Shown here in pieces: positions 51,585 to 60,742 of a stretch of 64,000 bases of DNA. How positions within the stretch are numbered: position 1 is the stretch's first letter; every line of letters starts with the position of its first letter. The DNA is from Nitrospinota bacterium (GTDB taxonomy: Bacteria; UBA8248). The notes beneath the pieces were generated by a model that searched no databases, had not been told where the DNA came from, and worked only from the letters and a program-made list of their open reading frames with translations. The stretch lies in NCBI GenBank assembly GCA_036231405.1, contig JAZAHK010000028.1:75164-139163 (forward strand), written 5' to 3'. The position numbers and the translations under genes are program-made.

Positions 51585-52829
51585 ATGGCAAAGCCAAAAG
51601 TGATAGTACAATTATACCCAATGCTTCCAACAAAGGATCGTGCTGAGCGAGAGGAGAAAAGACCACTCGCACGTGACAAAGATCTCTACCATCGTGTTCT
51701 TCATGAATGGTTAGATATAGTCAAGGCGGCAGATGAAATGGGGGTTTGGGGAGTTAGTACGATTGAACATCACTTTCATTCAGAAGGTTATGAAGTTGGC
51801 CCTAATCCTGGCGTTTTAAACGCTTGGTGGGCAAGTTACTTGAAAAATGCTCGTGTTGGAGCATTAGGGTATGTTATGGCTACCCAGGATCCAGTTAGGG
51901 TAGCAGAAGAAACCGCAATTTTAGATCATATTACTAAAGGAAAGATGTTTGTAGGGATGGCACGTGGTTATCAGTCAAGATGGGCTAATGTTTTAGGTCA
52001 ATTTACCGATTCAGTCGCAACAGTTAGTACTGATCTTGGTGGCGACGATGATGTGAAGAATCGAGAGATTTTCGAGGAACGTGCAGAGATGCTTTTGAAA
52101 TTCTGGACTGAAGATTCTACTCAAGTAGATGGAGACTACTATAAAATTCCGTATCCGTACGAGGATGGGATAGAATATCCAGCTTGGAAAAGTGCTCGTG
52201 ATGCAGGAACAGATGGCGAAGTAGGTGAGGACCAAAGGGTACATAAAGTGAGTGTGGTCCCAAAGCCGTATCAGTCACCTCATCCACCAGTTTTTCAGGC
52301 AGTTAGCGCAAGCAATGATTCCATTAAATTTGCGGCTAAGCATGGATTTCGACCTGTATATTTTACTAAGTTAGAGAAGATGGAGGAGATGTCTCATCTT
52401 TATGTAGAAGAGTCACAAAAATATGGGCATAATTTTGCTCATGGGGAAAGACAGTGTGTTTGTAGGTGGATTCACGTAGCAGAAAGTGAAGAGGATTATG
52501 ATCGTAAACTTAAAGAGTACGATCAGGATATTTACGAAAACTTTTATGTTCCTTTTTTTCCACAATTTCCATCTGACACTTCAAATATAGATTGGGTAGA
52601 AAATATGAAAGAAAGTGGTATATTTCTTGGTGGGACGATAGATCAATTGAAAGAACAATTTCTTCATACTTATGAGAAGGTCCCCTCAGAATATATTACT
52701 TTGATTTGGCATTATGCGCAGATTCCTTCAAAAGAAGTGATTTCTGAATTAGATGCTTTTATGACGCATGTTTTGCCGGCACTTGAGGCACCAGAGCCTA
52801 ATGGAGTAACAGTTGGGGGTATTGGATAA
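51585..52829 (+). CDS. LLM class (luciferase-like) flavin-dependent oxidoreductase
   Basis: IEHHFHSEG, DPVRVAEE.AILDH..KG, ARGYQ, PKPYQSPHPP. Confidence 0.9.
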   Translation: MAKPKVIVQLYPMLPTKDRAEREEKRPLARDKDLYHRVLHEWLDIVKAADEMGVWGVSTIEHHFHSEGYEVGPNPGVLNAWWASYLKNARVGALGYVMATQDPVRVAEETAILDHITKGKMFVGMARGYQSRWANVLGQFTDSVATVSTDLGGDDDVKNREIFEERAEMLLKFWTEDSTQVDGDYYKIPYPYEDGIEYPAWKSARDAGTDGEVGEDQRVHKVSVVPKPYQSPHPPVFQAVSASNDSIKFAAKHGFRPVYFTKLEKMEEMSHLYVEESQKYGHNFAHGERQCVCRWIHVAESEEDYDRKLKEYDQDIYENFYVPFFPQFPSDTSNIDWVENMKESGIFLGGTIDQLKEQFLHTYEKVPSEYITLIWHYAQIPSKEVISELDAFMTHVLPALEAPEPNGVTVGGIG

Positions 52830-52874
52830 AATTACTTGTTTGAAAAATAATTGAACTTTTAGGAGGGTCGTTTT

Positions 52875-53588
52875 ATGTATGACATAGTTAATCTTAGTCA
52901 GGATATTTATACGGGTGCTCCGCGTTTCCCTGGCCACCCGCCTACAGAAATTGAATTTGTTGCCACTCATGAGGATGCTAGAAATGCTCCAATTAAGCCT
53001 AAAGATATTACCTACGCTGCTATGATGCTTCATATGTGTGATCACGGTCCCACCCATGTTGATGCAGTAAGTCATATAGACGAAAGGGATACTGCTCCTA
53101 CAATAGATCAGTCTAGTCTTGATACGTTTTTTACCAGAGGTATTGCACTTGATTTTACAGGGAAGGTAGAACCTAAAGAGGAGATCTCTCTAAATCTTTT
53201 GCAGGACGAACTTACTAAAAAAGAGTTAGCTCCTCCTAAGGCAGGGACCTTCCTTTTTACAGGCGGTCATTTTCAACGAACTTATCCTGAAGATCATTAC
53301 AATACAGACTATCCTGGTCTTTCTTACGAGGCGGGTAATTTCCTTTATAGGGAATGTGGGGTTGTAAATATTGGGCAGGATGCTCCAAGCATCGATGCAG
53401 GGATAAATACAGGAGATATGACGTTTCCTTGTCATGTTTTATGTCGGGAATTGCAATGTCATAATACCGAAAATCTTTGTAATATAGAAGAAGTGGCCGG
53501 CAAGGAGTTTCTTTATGTAGGGTTACCACTCAAGATACGTGGCGGTTCAGGTTCTCCAATTCGAGCGGTTGCTGTATTGAATCTTTAA
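52875..53588 (+). CDS. Cyclase family (KynB/isatin hydrolase-like) metal-dependent hydrolase
   Basis: NLSQ, DHGPTHVDA, YPGLS, IGQDAPSID, ENL, PLKIRGGSGSPIRAVA. Confidence 0.9.
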   Translation: MYDIVNLSQDIYTGAPRFPGHPPTEIEFVATHEDARNAPIKPKDITYAAMMLHMCDHGPTHVDAVSHIDERDTAPTIDQSSLDTFFTRGIALDFTGKVEPKEEISLNLLQDELTKKELAPPKAGTFLFTGGHFQRTYPEDHYNTDYPGLSYEAGNFLYRECGVVNIGQDAPSIDAGINTGDMTFPCHVLCRELQCHNTENLCNIEEVAGKEFLYVGLPLKIRGGSGSPIRAVAVLNL

Positions 53589-55036
53589 TTGAAAGTCAAC
53601 TGACTTTCTGTTGGTTCCGCTCAACAAAACCATGATTCTGTTAGTTTTGGTGGTTTGGGAGTTTGTTTTTTGACTGAAAATATAATGTTTTTATCGTTAT
53701 TGATCATTTCTGGGAAGATTGTGAAGAACTCTTTTTTGATGGCAACAAATATTTCCAGAGGGTCAGCGCTTGTTGCCGAGTAATTTCCTGCAATTTTTGA
53801 GACCCTATAGTTTAAAAGTTCCATGTTCGGGTCCGGATGTTTCCAAGTGTGAATAAATTTTTCTGGTTCAAATTTTACAATGTATTTTTTTAAATCATCG
53901 AGTTTCAGTAAATTCGAACCGGGTGGTATGAGCAAGCGAATGGACATTTGTACTGGTTCTATTTCATAAACCAACTGATTTTTCTCGATAAAGTTCAATA
54001 GTTCCATATAATCATAGGGAGTTGTCCATGGCGTAAATGCTATCAATGAAGGACGGATAGAAATATCGGTCTCTCTTGCAATTTTTAATACTTTCAAGAA
54101 ATCTTTTTTTGTGTGTCCTTTGATTAGTTTCTTTAAAATTTCACCGTTCAGTGATTCCAATGCAGTAACGATAAACAAACAGCCTAATTGTTTGAGTTCA
54201 GGAAATATGTCTTTATTTTTAAGAAGATGTTCAACTTTTGCAGTAAAATCGAAAGTCATTTTAGGGAACGATTTGTTCATATTTCTGAGTATCCTAAGAG
54301 AATGTGTAGGTCCGTTTAAAAAGTCGGGATCAGTAAATGTGATATGTCTTGCTCCTTGTCCGTAAAGATTTCTTATGTCAGTTAAAACAATTTTTTCTGG
54401 AATAACAAAAAAACGCCCTTCGTAAATGGGAGTGATTGGGCAATGTAGGCATTGATGCTTGCATCCTCTGCTCGTTTCAACTGCTCCAGTCACAATGTGG
54501 GTACTTCCTTTAATCAATTTGTTGTAATGAGATAGAGAAGGTAAAAAGGATCTATCTGGAGTTTTGAAATCAGGTTTTTTTATAAAAGGACTTTTGTTTT
54601 TATGTCTACTATTAATACCTTTCATTGCACTAGAAGATTGAGAATTTTCGATTGATTTAATTAGTTCGAGCATCGGAATCTGTATTTCCCCACTAATACA
54701 ACTATCTGCAATATTGTCTAGAAGATAGTCGGAGTTCAGATGAGCGTAATCGCCGTAAAAACAAACATGACATTTCTTGTTTATTTCACGAATCATTTTA
54801 GTTGCTTCTACTGCTATACCTAGAGCAGTATGCATAGGAGTACTCATAGCAATGAAATCGTAATTTTCAATTTCTTTGAGATCTATTTTCTGTGTAGATA
54901 AATCTAATACACTTGGCTTGTAGCTAAAGTTCTTTAAAAATGCGTGTAGGCTAGCAGTAGATACAGGTTGATTGCCAAGCTCGTAACAGGAAATTAGAAG
55001 AATGTTTATTTCGGAATTATGGCTATTTTTTTTCAA
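53585..55036 (-). CDS. CUAEP/CCAEP-tail radical SAM selenoprotein (Sec at UGA 53623-53621) with B12-binding-like N-terminal domain
   Basis: SRGCKHQCLHC CxxxCxxC motif; LLISCYELGNQP N-terminus; reading through TGA gives PKLTESWFC-U-AEPTESQLTFN* (TAA 53587-53585). Confidence 0.88.
53591..53608 (-). promoter_or_regulatory. Putative bacterial SECIS hairpin
   Basis: mRNA UGA-GCGGAACCAACA-GAAAGUC-AGUU-GACUUUC: 7-bp stem, loop 19 nt after the UGA, G at loop position 2 followed by U. Confidence 0.7.
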
Positions 55037-55042
55037 GGGAAT

Positions 55043-55834
55043 CTACTTCCACTTTCGCCCAGGTAGATGATTCATGACGGTCTTGCTCAGTCCTCCGTCA
55101 ATTTCTAAAGCTGTAGCAGTAATATAGTCGGCTTCGTCAGAAAATAAGAATAAAATTCCGTTAGCAATATCTATAGGTTGTGCAACCCTCTTGAGTGGAG
55201 TTACTTCACTCCTGCCTTTTTTAATGTCTGGGTCTTTTAGATAAGAAGTTAGAGGTGTTTCAGTATGCCCAGGACAGATAGCATTAACTCTAATCTGGTG
55301 GGCTGCCCATTCTATTCCAAAGTGTTCTGCCAGCATGATTACTGCAGCCTTGACAGTCGAATAGGCACCTGACATGCCGTAGGGTTGTAAACCTCCGATG
55401 GATGACATCGTCACTATAGAACCAGGAGTTTTACTGTCTATCATCCAACGTCCTGCTGCTTGTGTCATAAGAAATGTGCCAGTTAGGCCAATGGTGATCA
55501 TCGTGTTCCAATTCTCCAAGGAAAGATCTTTTAACATTCCTGGTGCCATTTTTACGGCGCTGTTAAGTACACAATGCAATCCGCCAAATTCTTCTATGGT
55601 TTTTTCTACAGCTTTTTGGCAATGGTCAGGATTAGAGACATCTAGGTGAAAATAAATTGCAGTATCTTTATTGTGTTTTTTTATGATTTTGTCTTGCAAC
55701 TTCCGTCCTGTTGTATCATCAACATCCCCGATTAGGACTTTTCCTCCTTGTTCAACAAACATTTCAGCTGTTTGGGCTCCAATACCGCTTGCTCCACCAG
55801 TTATTATGCAAACTTTATTCTTAAAGCGTTTCAT
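55043..55834 (-). CDS. Short-chain dehydrogenase/reductase (SDR)
   Basis: ITGGASGIG, MSSIG, YSTVK (YxxxK), IRVNAICPG. Confidence 0.93.
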   Translation of the reverse strand: MKRFKNKVCIITGGASGIGAQTAEMFVEQGGKVLIGDVDDTTGRKLQDKIIKKHNKDTAIYFHLDVSNPDHCQKAVEKTIEEFGGLHCVLNSAVKMAPGMLKDLSLENWNTMITIGLTGTFLMTQAAGRWMIDSKTPGSIVTMSSIGGLQPYGMSGAYSTVKAAVIMLAEHFGIEWAAHQIRVNAICPGHTETPLTSYLKDPDIKKGRSEVTPLKRVAQPIDIANGILFLFSDEADYITATALEIDGGLSKTVMNHLPGRKWK

Positions 55835-55876
55835 CTTTCATTATCCTTTTTGGTAGTAAGATTTGTCCCGAAACAG

Positions 55877-55908
55877 AAACAGGTTATATTTTTCAATATA
55901 ACCCGTTT
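55877..55908 (-). terminator. 14-bp hairpin downstream of erpA (terminator or attenuator candidate)
   Basis: Minus strand AAACGGGTTATATT-GAAA-AATATAACCTGTTT with one G-U pair and a weak U tail. Confidence 0.55.
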
Positions 55909-55942
55909 TAAATATTTGGTGGTAGTAATTAAGGTTCTTTGT

Positions 55943-56311
55943 TTATGCTGTGAAGGATTTCCCACAGCCACATGTGCCAGTCGCGTTTGGGTTGTTAATT
56001 TTAAAGCCTGAACCTTCTAAACTGTCTAAATAGTCTATCTGGGTTCCAGAAAGTAGCATATCGCTTTGTGGATCTACGAAAATATTAAAACCTTTTGATT
56101 CATAAATTTTATCGTCTGGGTTTGATTTTTCGTCAAAAAAAAGTCCGTAATTGTGTCCTGAACAACCCCCATCCGTAACCGATACTCTAAGCCCATGCCC
56201 TTCTTTGTCTTCTGTTTTTAGAAGTTCAACTACCTTCTTTGAAGCGTTCTCGGTGATGGTAATTCCAATATTGTTAGTAGGAGCCTTTGTTTCATCGAAT
56301 AAAGTTACCAC
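55943..56311 (-). CDS. erpA: A-type Fe-S cluster carrier (IscA/ErpA/HesB family)
   Basis: LRV.V..GGCSG..Y, IDY, NPNA.GTCGCGKSF. Confidence 0.9.
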   Translation of the reverse strand: MVTLFDETKAPTNNIGITITENASKKVVELLKTEDKEGHGLRVSVTDGGCSGHNYGLFFDEKSNPDDKIYESKGFNIFVDPQSDMLLSGTQIDYLDSLEGSGFKINNPNATGTCGCGKSFTA

Positions 56312-56464
56312 TCTTTTACCTCTTCATTGAATAAAAATTATAATATTTTTAATATCACTAATCATTAAGTTATCTTTATAATCATGAATTGTCAAACATT
56401 AATAAATTTTTTTAAATTCCAATTTATTCTCATATTGGTAGACTGAAGATCTAAGTATTTTTTA

Positions 56465-56518
56465 TATGAGCATAATAAGCTTATATAACTTGACTGTATA
56501 TCACTCATATATTACAGT
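56465..56518 (+). promoter_or_regulatory. dnaK promoter with two HAIR-like (HspR) operators
   Basis: CTTGACT-N7-ACTCATA (56489-56509) and TATGAGC-N7-GCTTATA (56465-56485) against consensus CTTGAGT-N7-ACTCAAG; -35 TTGACT (56490)-17 bp- -10 TACAGT (56513). Confidence 0.7.
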
Positions 56519-56580
56519 TCCTACTGTTTTTCTTTTTTTTTTAATTGTTGTTTTTAATTTTTTAGTTTTAGGAGGTAAAA

Positions 56581-58503
56581 ATGGGTAAAGTAATTGGTAT
56601 TGATTTAGGTACCACAAATTCTGTTGTTTCCGTTATGGAAGGAGGAGAACCTACAGTCATACCAAATCAGGAAGGTAATCGTACGACACCTAGTATAGTT
56701 GGTTTTACTCCAGAGGGTGAAAAATTAGTAGGAGTTGTAGCTAAAAGGCAAGCAGTAACTAATCCTACTAATACTATTTACTCTGTTAAACGATTTATGG
56801 GTAGACGCCATGAAGAGGTTCCTGAAGAAGTTAAGATGGTACCATATGAAATTATTAAGGCCGAAAATGGTGATGCTAGAGTTAAGATAAATGGTAAGGT
56901 TTATGCCCCACCCGAAATTTCTTCTAGCGTACTCCAAAAATTAAAACAGGCTGCAAGTGATTATCTTGGGGAGGAAGTAACAGACGCTGTTGTGACAGTG
57001 CCTGCATATTTCAATGATAGCCAGCGTCAAGCTACTACTGATGCAGGTAAAATTGCTGGATTAAATGTTCTACGTATAATTAATGAACCTACTGCTGCAG
57101 CGCTAGCATATGGTCTAGATAAAAAACAGGATCAAACCATTGTGGTTTATGATTTTGGTGGTGGTACATTTGATGTCTCTATCCTTGAAGTAGGAGATAA
57201 TGTTGTTGAAGTTAAAGCGACAAATGGAGATACTCATCTTGGTGGCGATAACATAGATCAACAAATAATAGATTGGTTGGTTGATGAATTTAAGAAAGAC
57301 CAAGGAATAGATCTATCTTCTGATCCTATGGCCCTACAGAGGTTGCGTGAAGAATCTGAAAAAGCGAAAATTGAACTTTCTAGTTCAATGGAAACTGATA
57401 TCAATCTGCCATTTATTACAGCTGACTCTTCTGGACCTAAGCACTTAAATATAAAAATTTCTCGTTCTAAATTGGAGCAACTAGCTGGAGATTTAGTTGA
57501 AAGAACGCTTGCTCCTTGTCGTCAATCACTGAACGACGCAAAATTACAACCAGGTGATATAGACGAGGTAGTTTTGGTTGGGGGTTCAACTCGTATGCCC
57601 CTCGTACAGGAGACAGTGAAGAAATTTTTTTCTAAAGATCCTCATAAAGGGGTAAACCCTGATGAGGTAGTAGCAGTTGGTGCAGCAGTGCAGGGTGGTG
57701 TTCTCGCAGGTGATGTTAAAGACGTTTTATTATTAGATGTTACTCCTCTATCTCTTGGAATAGAAACTTTAGGTAATGTTTGTACTAAATTAATTGAACG
57801 TAACACTACAATTCCTGTTAAAAAAAGCGAAACTTTTTCAACCGCGGCTGATAATCAGACTTCAGTTGAGGTTCATGTTTTACAAGGTGAGAGGGAGATG
57901 GCAGTTGATAACCGTAGCCTCGGGAAATTCCACCTTGTTGATATCCCATCTGCTCCACGGGGAGTCCCACAAATTGAAGTTACTTTTGATATTGATGCAA
58001 ATGGAATAGTTAATGTTTCAGCGAAAGACCTAGGTACTGCGAAGGAACAAGCAATTACCATTACAAGCTCAAGTGGTATTTCTGATGATGAAATTAACAA
58101 TATGGTACGTGATGCAGAAGAAAATGCTGGGGAAGATAAAAAACGTCGAGAATTAGTTGAGTCTAGAAATAATGCGGAATCGCTAGCGTATAGCACCGAA
58201 AAAATGTTGAATGAAAATAACGACAAAGTTTCGGAAGAAGATAAAAAAGCTATAGAAGATGCTATTGCAGAAGTTCGTAAGGTTCTTGAAAATCAGGATG
58301 CAAGTATAGAGGAAATTAATTCAGCAAATTCTAATTTAGAGTCTGTATCCCATAAATTATCGCAGGCGATGTATGAAGAAGCTAGCAAACAGGCAAATGC
58401 AAATCCTGAACAATCTAATGATTCACAGAGTGGTGGTAAAACAGGTGAAGACAATGGTGATGTAGTAGATGCGGAATTTGAAGAGGTAGAAAAAGATAAA
58501 TAA
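56581..58503 (+). CDS. dnaK: Molecular chaperone DnaK
   Basis: [37 protein letters not shown]-terminal VVDAEFEEV. Confidence 0.99.
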   Translation: MGKVIGIDLGTTNSVVSVMEGGEPTVIPNQEGNRTTPSIVGFTPEGEKLVGVVAKRQAVTNPTNTIYSVKRFMGRRHEEVPEEVKMVPYEIIKAENGDARVKINGKVYAPPEISSSVLQKLKQAASDYLGEEVTDAVVTVPAYFNDSQRQATTDAGKIAGLNVLRIINEPTAAALAYGLDKKQDQTIVVYDFGGGTFDVSILEVGDNVVEVKATNGDTHLGGDNIDQQIIDWLVDEFKKDQGIDLSSDPMALQRLREESEKAKIELSSSMETDINLPFITADSSGPKHLNIKISRSKLEQLAGDLVERTLAPCRQSLNDAKLQPGDIDEVVLVGGSTRMPLVQETVKKFFSKDPHKGVNPDEVVAVGAAVQGGVLAGDVKDVLLLDVTPLSLGIETLGNVCTKLIERNTTIPVKKSETFSTAADNQTSVEVHVLQGEREMAVDNRSLGKFHLVDIPSAPRGVPQIEVTFDIDANGIVNVSAKDLGTAKEQAITITSSSGISDDEINNMVRDAEENAGEDKKRRELVESRNNAESLAYSTEKMLNENNDKVSEEDKKAIEDAIAEVRKVLENQDASIEEINSANSNLESVSHKLSQAMYEEASKQANANPEQSNDSQSGGKTGEDNGDVVDAEFEEVEKDK

Positions 58504-58527
58504 TTTCTTATATTTTAGGAAGTTTGT

Positions 58528-59478
58528 ATGTCAAAACGGGATTATTATGAGGTTTTAGGAGTTAGCAGAGATGTTTCTTCTGATCAATTGAAAAGAGCAT
58601 TTAAAAAACTTGCTAGAAAATTCCATCCTGATGTGAATCCCGGAAACAAATCTGCAGAAGAGCGTTTTAAAGAAATAAGCGAAGCTTATGCTGTTCTTTC
58701 TGATAATGAAAAAAGGCATCAATATGACACCATGGGTCATTCCGCATTTGCTGGAGGGAATCCTTGGGAGAGTGGAGTAAATGTTGATGATATTTTCAAA
58801 GAATTTGGATTCGGAGATATTTTTGGCAGTTTTTTTGGCGGACAACGAGGAAGAACTTCGTATCGCTCGTCAAACCGGGGTGTCCCTATCAATACTAAGG
58901 GAGAAGATGTAAATTATTCGATGGAAATTGGGTTCGATGATGCACTCCGTGGTTTAGAAACTGTTGTAACAGTACCTAAGAACGTTATTAATAATGGTGT
59001 CCTTACAAGAGTTACCGAACGTATTAAAGTGAAAATTCCTGCGGGTGTTTCAAGTGGTTCTCGAGTTCGATTAGCCGGTCAAGGGGAACCTTCTCAATCT
59101 GGAGGAAAGAATGGGGATCTTTATATTTTAACGAAAGTCAGTACTCATCCTTATGTTGAAAGAAAAGGGGCTAATCTATATATTGATCTTCCCTTGACTT
59201 TGGGGGAACTTTCTTTAGGTACTCGTGTGGAACTTGAAACGTTTGAAGGAATAACGAAAGTTACAATTCCTCCAGGGACTCAAAACGGTCAAAGACTAAG
59301 ATTGAACGGAAAGGGTGTTCCGCACATGAAGGGAACAGGAAAAGGAGATTTGTACGTGGTCGTGAACTTAAAACTTCCAAAAAGAATTGATGACAAAAGC
59401 AAGGATCTCATTCGAGAATTTGAAAGATTAAACCCAATTGATCCTAGAGATGGAATGAATATCGCACGTACTTCATAA
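58528..59478 (+). CDS. DnaJ-class B / CbpA-like co-chaperone (no zinc finger)
   Basis: J domain with HPD, G/F region, C-terminal KIPAG...GDL domains, no CxxCxGxG. Confidence 0.9.
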   Translation: MSKRDYYEVLGVSRDVSSDQLKRAFKKLARKFHPDVNPGNKSAEERFKEISEAYAVLSDNEKRHQYDTMGHSAFAGGNPWESGVNVDDIFKEFGFGDIFGSFFGGQRGRTSYRSSNRGVPINTKGEDVNYSMEIGFDDALRGLETVVTVPKNVINNGVLTRVTERIKVKIPAGVSSGSRVRLAGQGEPSQSGGKNGDLYILTKVSTHPYVERKGANLYIDLPLTLGELSLGTRVELETFEGITKVTIPPGTQNGQRLRLNGKGVPHMKGTGKGDLYVVVNLKLPKRIDDKSKDLIREFERLNPIDPRDGMNIARTS

Positions 59479-59488
59479 GGATAAGATT

Positions 59489-59893
59489 TTGGTACGCAGA
59501 AGTAATAAACAAGTAAGATATACAATAAGTACTGTAGCTGAAATGTTTGAGATCCATCCTCAGACTTTAAGAATGTACGAACGAGAAGGTTTGATTGAAC
59601 CTATGCGTAGTGAAGGGAAGACCCGTCTTTATGAAGAGAAAGATTTGGAAAAGTTAGAAATAATTCTAACACTTACTAGAGATATGGGAATTAATTTGGC
59701 TGGTGTTGAGGTAATTATAGAATTACGTCAAAAATTACATTTGGCTATAGAGAGACTTGAACAGATGGAAGAGGTTTTAAGTAGTGATGCGTTTGAGGAA
59801 CTTCGCCAAAAAATTGAAGACGCTACTCCTGACATGAACGCTCTTATTCCTTCGATAGGAGCTAAACTGATGAAACTTAAAAGAGAGAAATGA
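59489..59893 (+). CDS. hspR: MerR-family heat-shock repressor HspR
   Basis: YTISTVAEMFEIHPQTLRMYEREGLI.P.RSEG.TRLY...D, GINLAGV. Confidence 0.9.
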   Translation: MVRRSNKQVRYTISTVAEMFEIHPQTLRMYEREGLIEPMRSEGKTRLYEEKDLEKLEIILTLTRDMGINLAGVEVIIELRQKLHLAIERLEQMEEVLSSDAFEELRQKIEDATPDMNALIPSIGAKLMKLKREK

Positions 59894-59983
59894 TTAAATA
59901 AAAATTTTCTGTCATTCCAAAATTATGTATTCCTATGAAGAATATGTTCAGAATGAAAGATGCTAACACTTGGAGGTTGTTTA

Positions 59984-60718
59984 ATGTTGGAAGAGGAAAT
60001 TGGTTCTATCCATGAAAAAGTGCCACATGTAGACAAGAGCAATCTTTCTTCAGAAGTTGAAGGTGAGCAAAACGTTGAAGAAGATCCAAAAAAAGGAAAA
60101 AAGGCTCGTGTGAATGATCGTAGACGATTTAATTCAAAAGAAAAAGATGATTCCACAGTAGAGGACGACGACACTCCATCTTTAGTGCCGAGTTATGTTG
60201 AACTATTAGAGAAAAAAGTTTCCATTGCTGAAGAAAAACTTCAAGAACACATTGCTAAAGTGAATAAGGAATCAAAGGAATTTAGAACACGTCAGGAAAA
60301 AGATTTTGAACGTAGAATTCAGCAAGTAAGGAAGGAGTTGTTTTCTGGCCTTCTAAGTATTGCAGATGATTTATCTAGGGCGAATAGTGCGGTAAAGGAC
60401 GTCCCTTTGGATGAACTTGATGAAAATATTAAAGGTGTAGATTCCTTGATTCAGGGATTCCAAATGGTTCAGAGTAGATTTTTTCAAGAATTGTCATCCC
60501 AAGGAGTACAACCCATAGAGTCGGTTGGGGAAATTTTTGATCCAGCTAAGCATGAGGCAATACGTTCTGATGAAGTTACAGACAAAGAATTAGATGGGAA
60601 AATTTTAGAAGAACTTTCAGTGGGATATCTTTTGAACGATGAGATTCTTCGTCCAAGCCGTGTCGCTGTTGGAAAATACACTCAGGATAAAAAAAATGAC
60701 CAATCTACTGAAGAATAA
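59984..60718 (+). CDS. grpE: Nucleotide exchange factor GrpE
   Basis: Coiled coil, LLSIADDLSRA, FDPAKHEA, GY.LND.ILRPSRV.V; ATG after GGAGG. Confidence 0.92.
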   Translation: MLEEEIGSIHEKVPHVDKSNLSSEVEGEQNVEEDPKKGKKARVNDRRRFNSKEKDDSTVEDDDTPSLVPSYVELLEKKVSIAEEKLQEHIAKVNKESKEFRTRQEKDFERRIQQVRKELFSGLLSIADDLSRANSAVKDVPLDELDENIKGVDSLIQGFQMVQSRFFQELSSQGVQPIESVGEIFDPAKHEAIRSDEVTDKELDGKILEELSVGYLLNDEILRPSRVAVGKYTQDKKNDQSTEE

Positions 60719-60742
60719 GATTGATTTAGGAGAAAAATAAAG

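Noticed and set aside
55943-56311. HesB/IscA as a second selenoprotein
   Set aside because: All three conserved positions are Cys codons (GGCSG, CGC); no in-frame UGA
56312-56580. CIRCE element before dnaK
   Set aside because: No TTAGCACTC-N9-GAGTGCTAA; the repeats found fit HAIR instead
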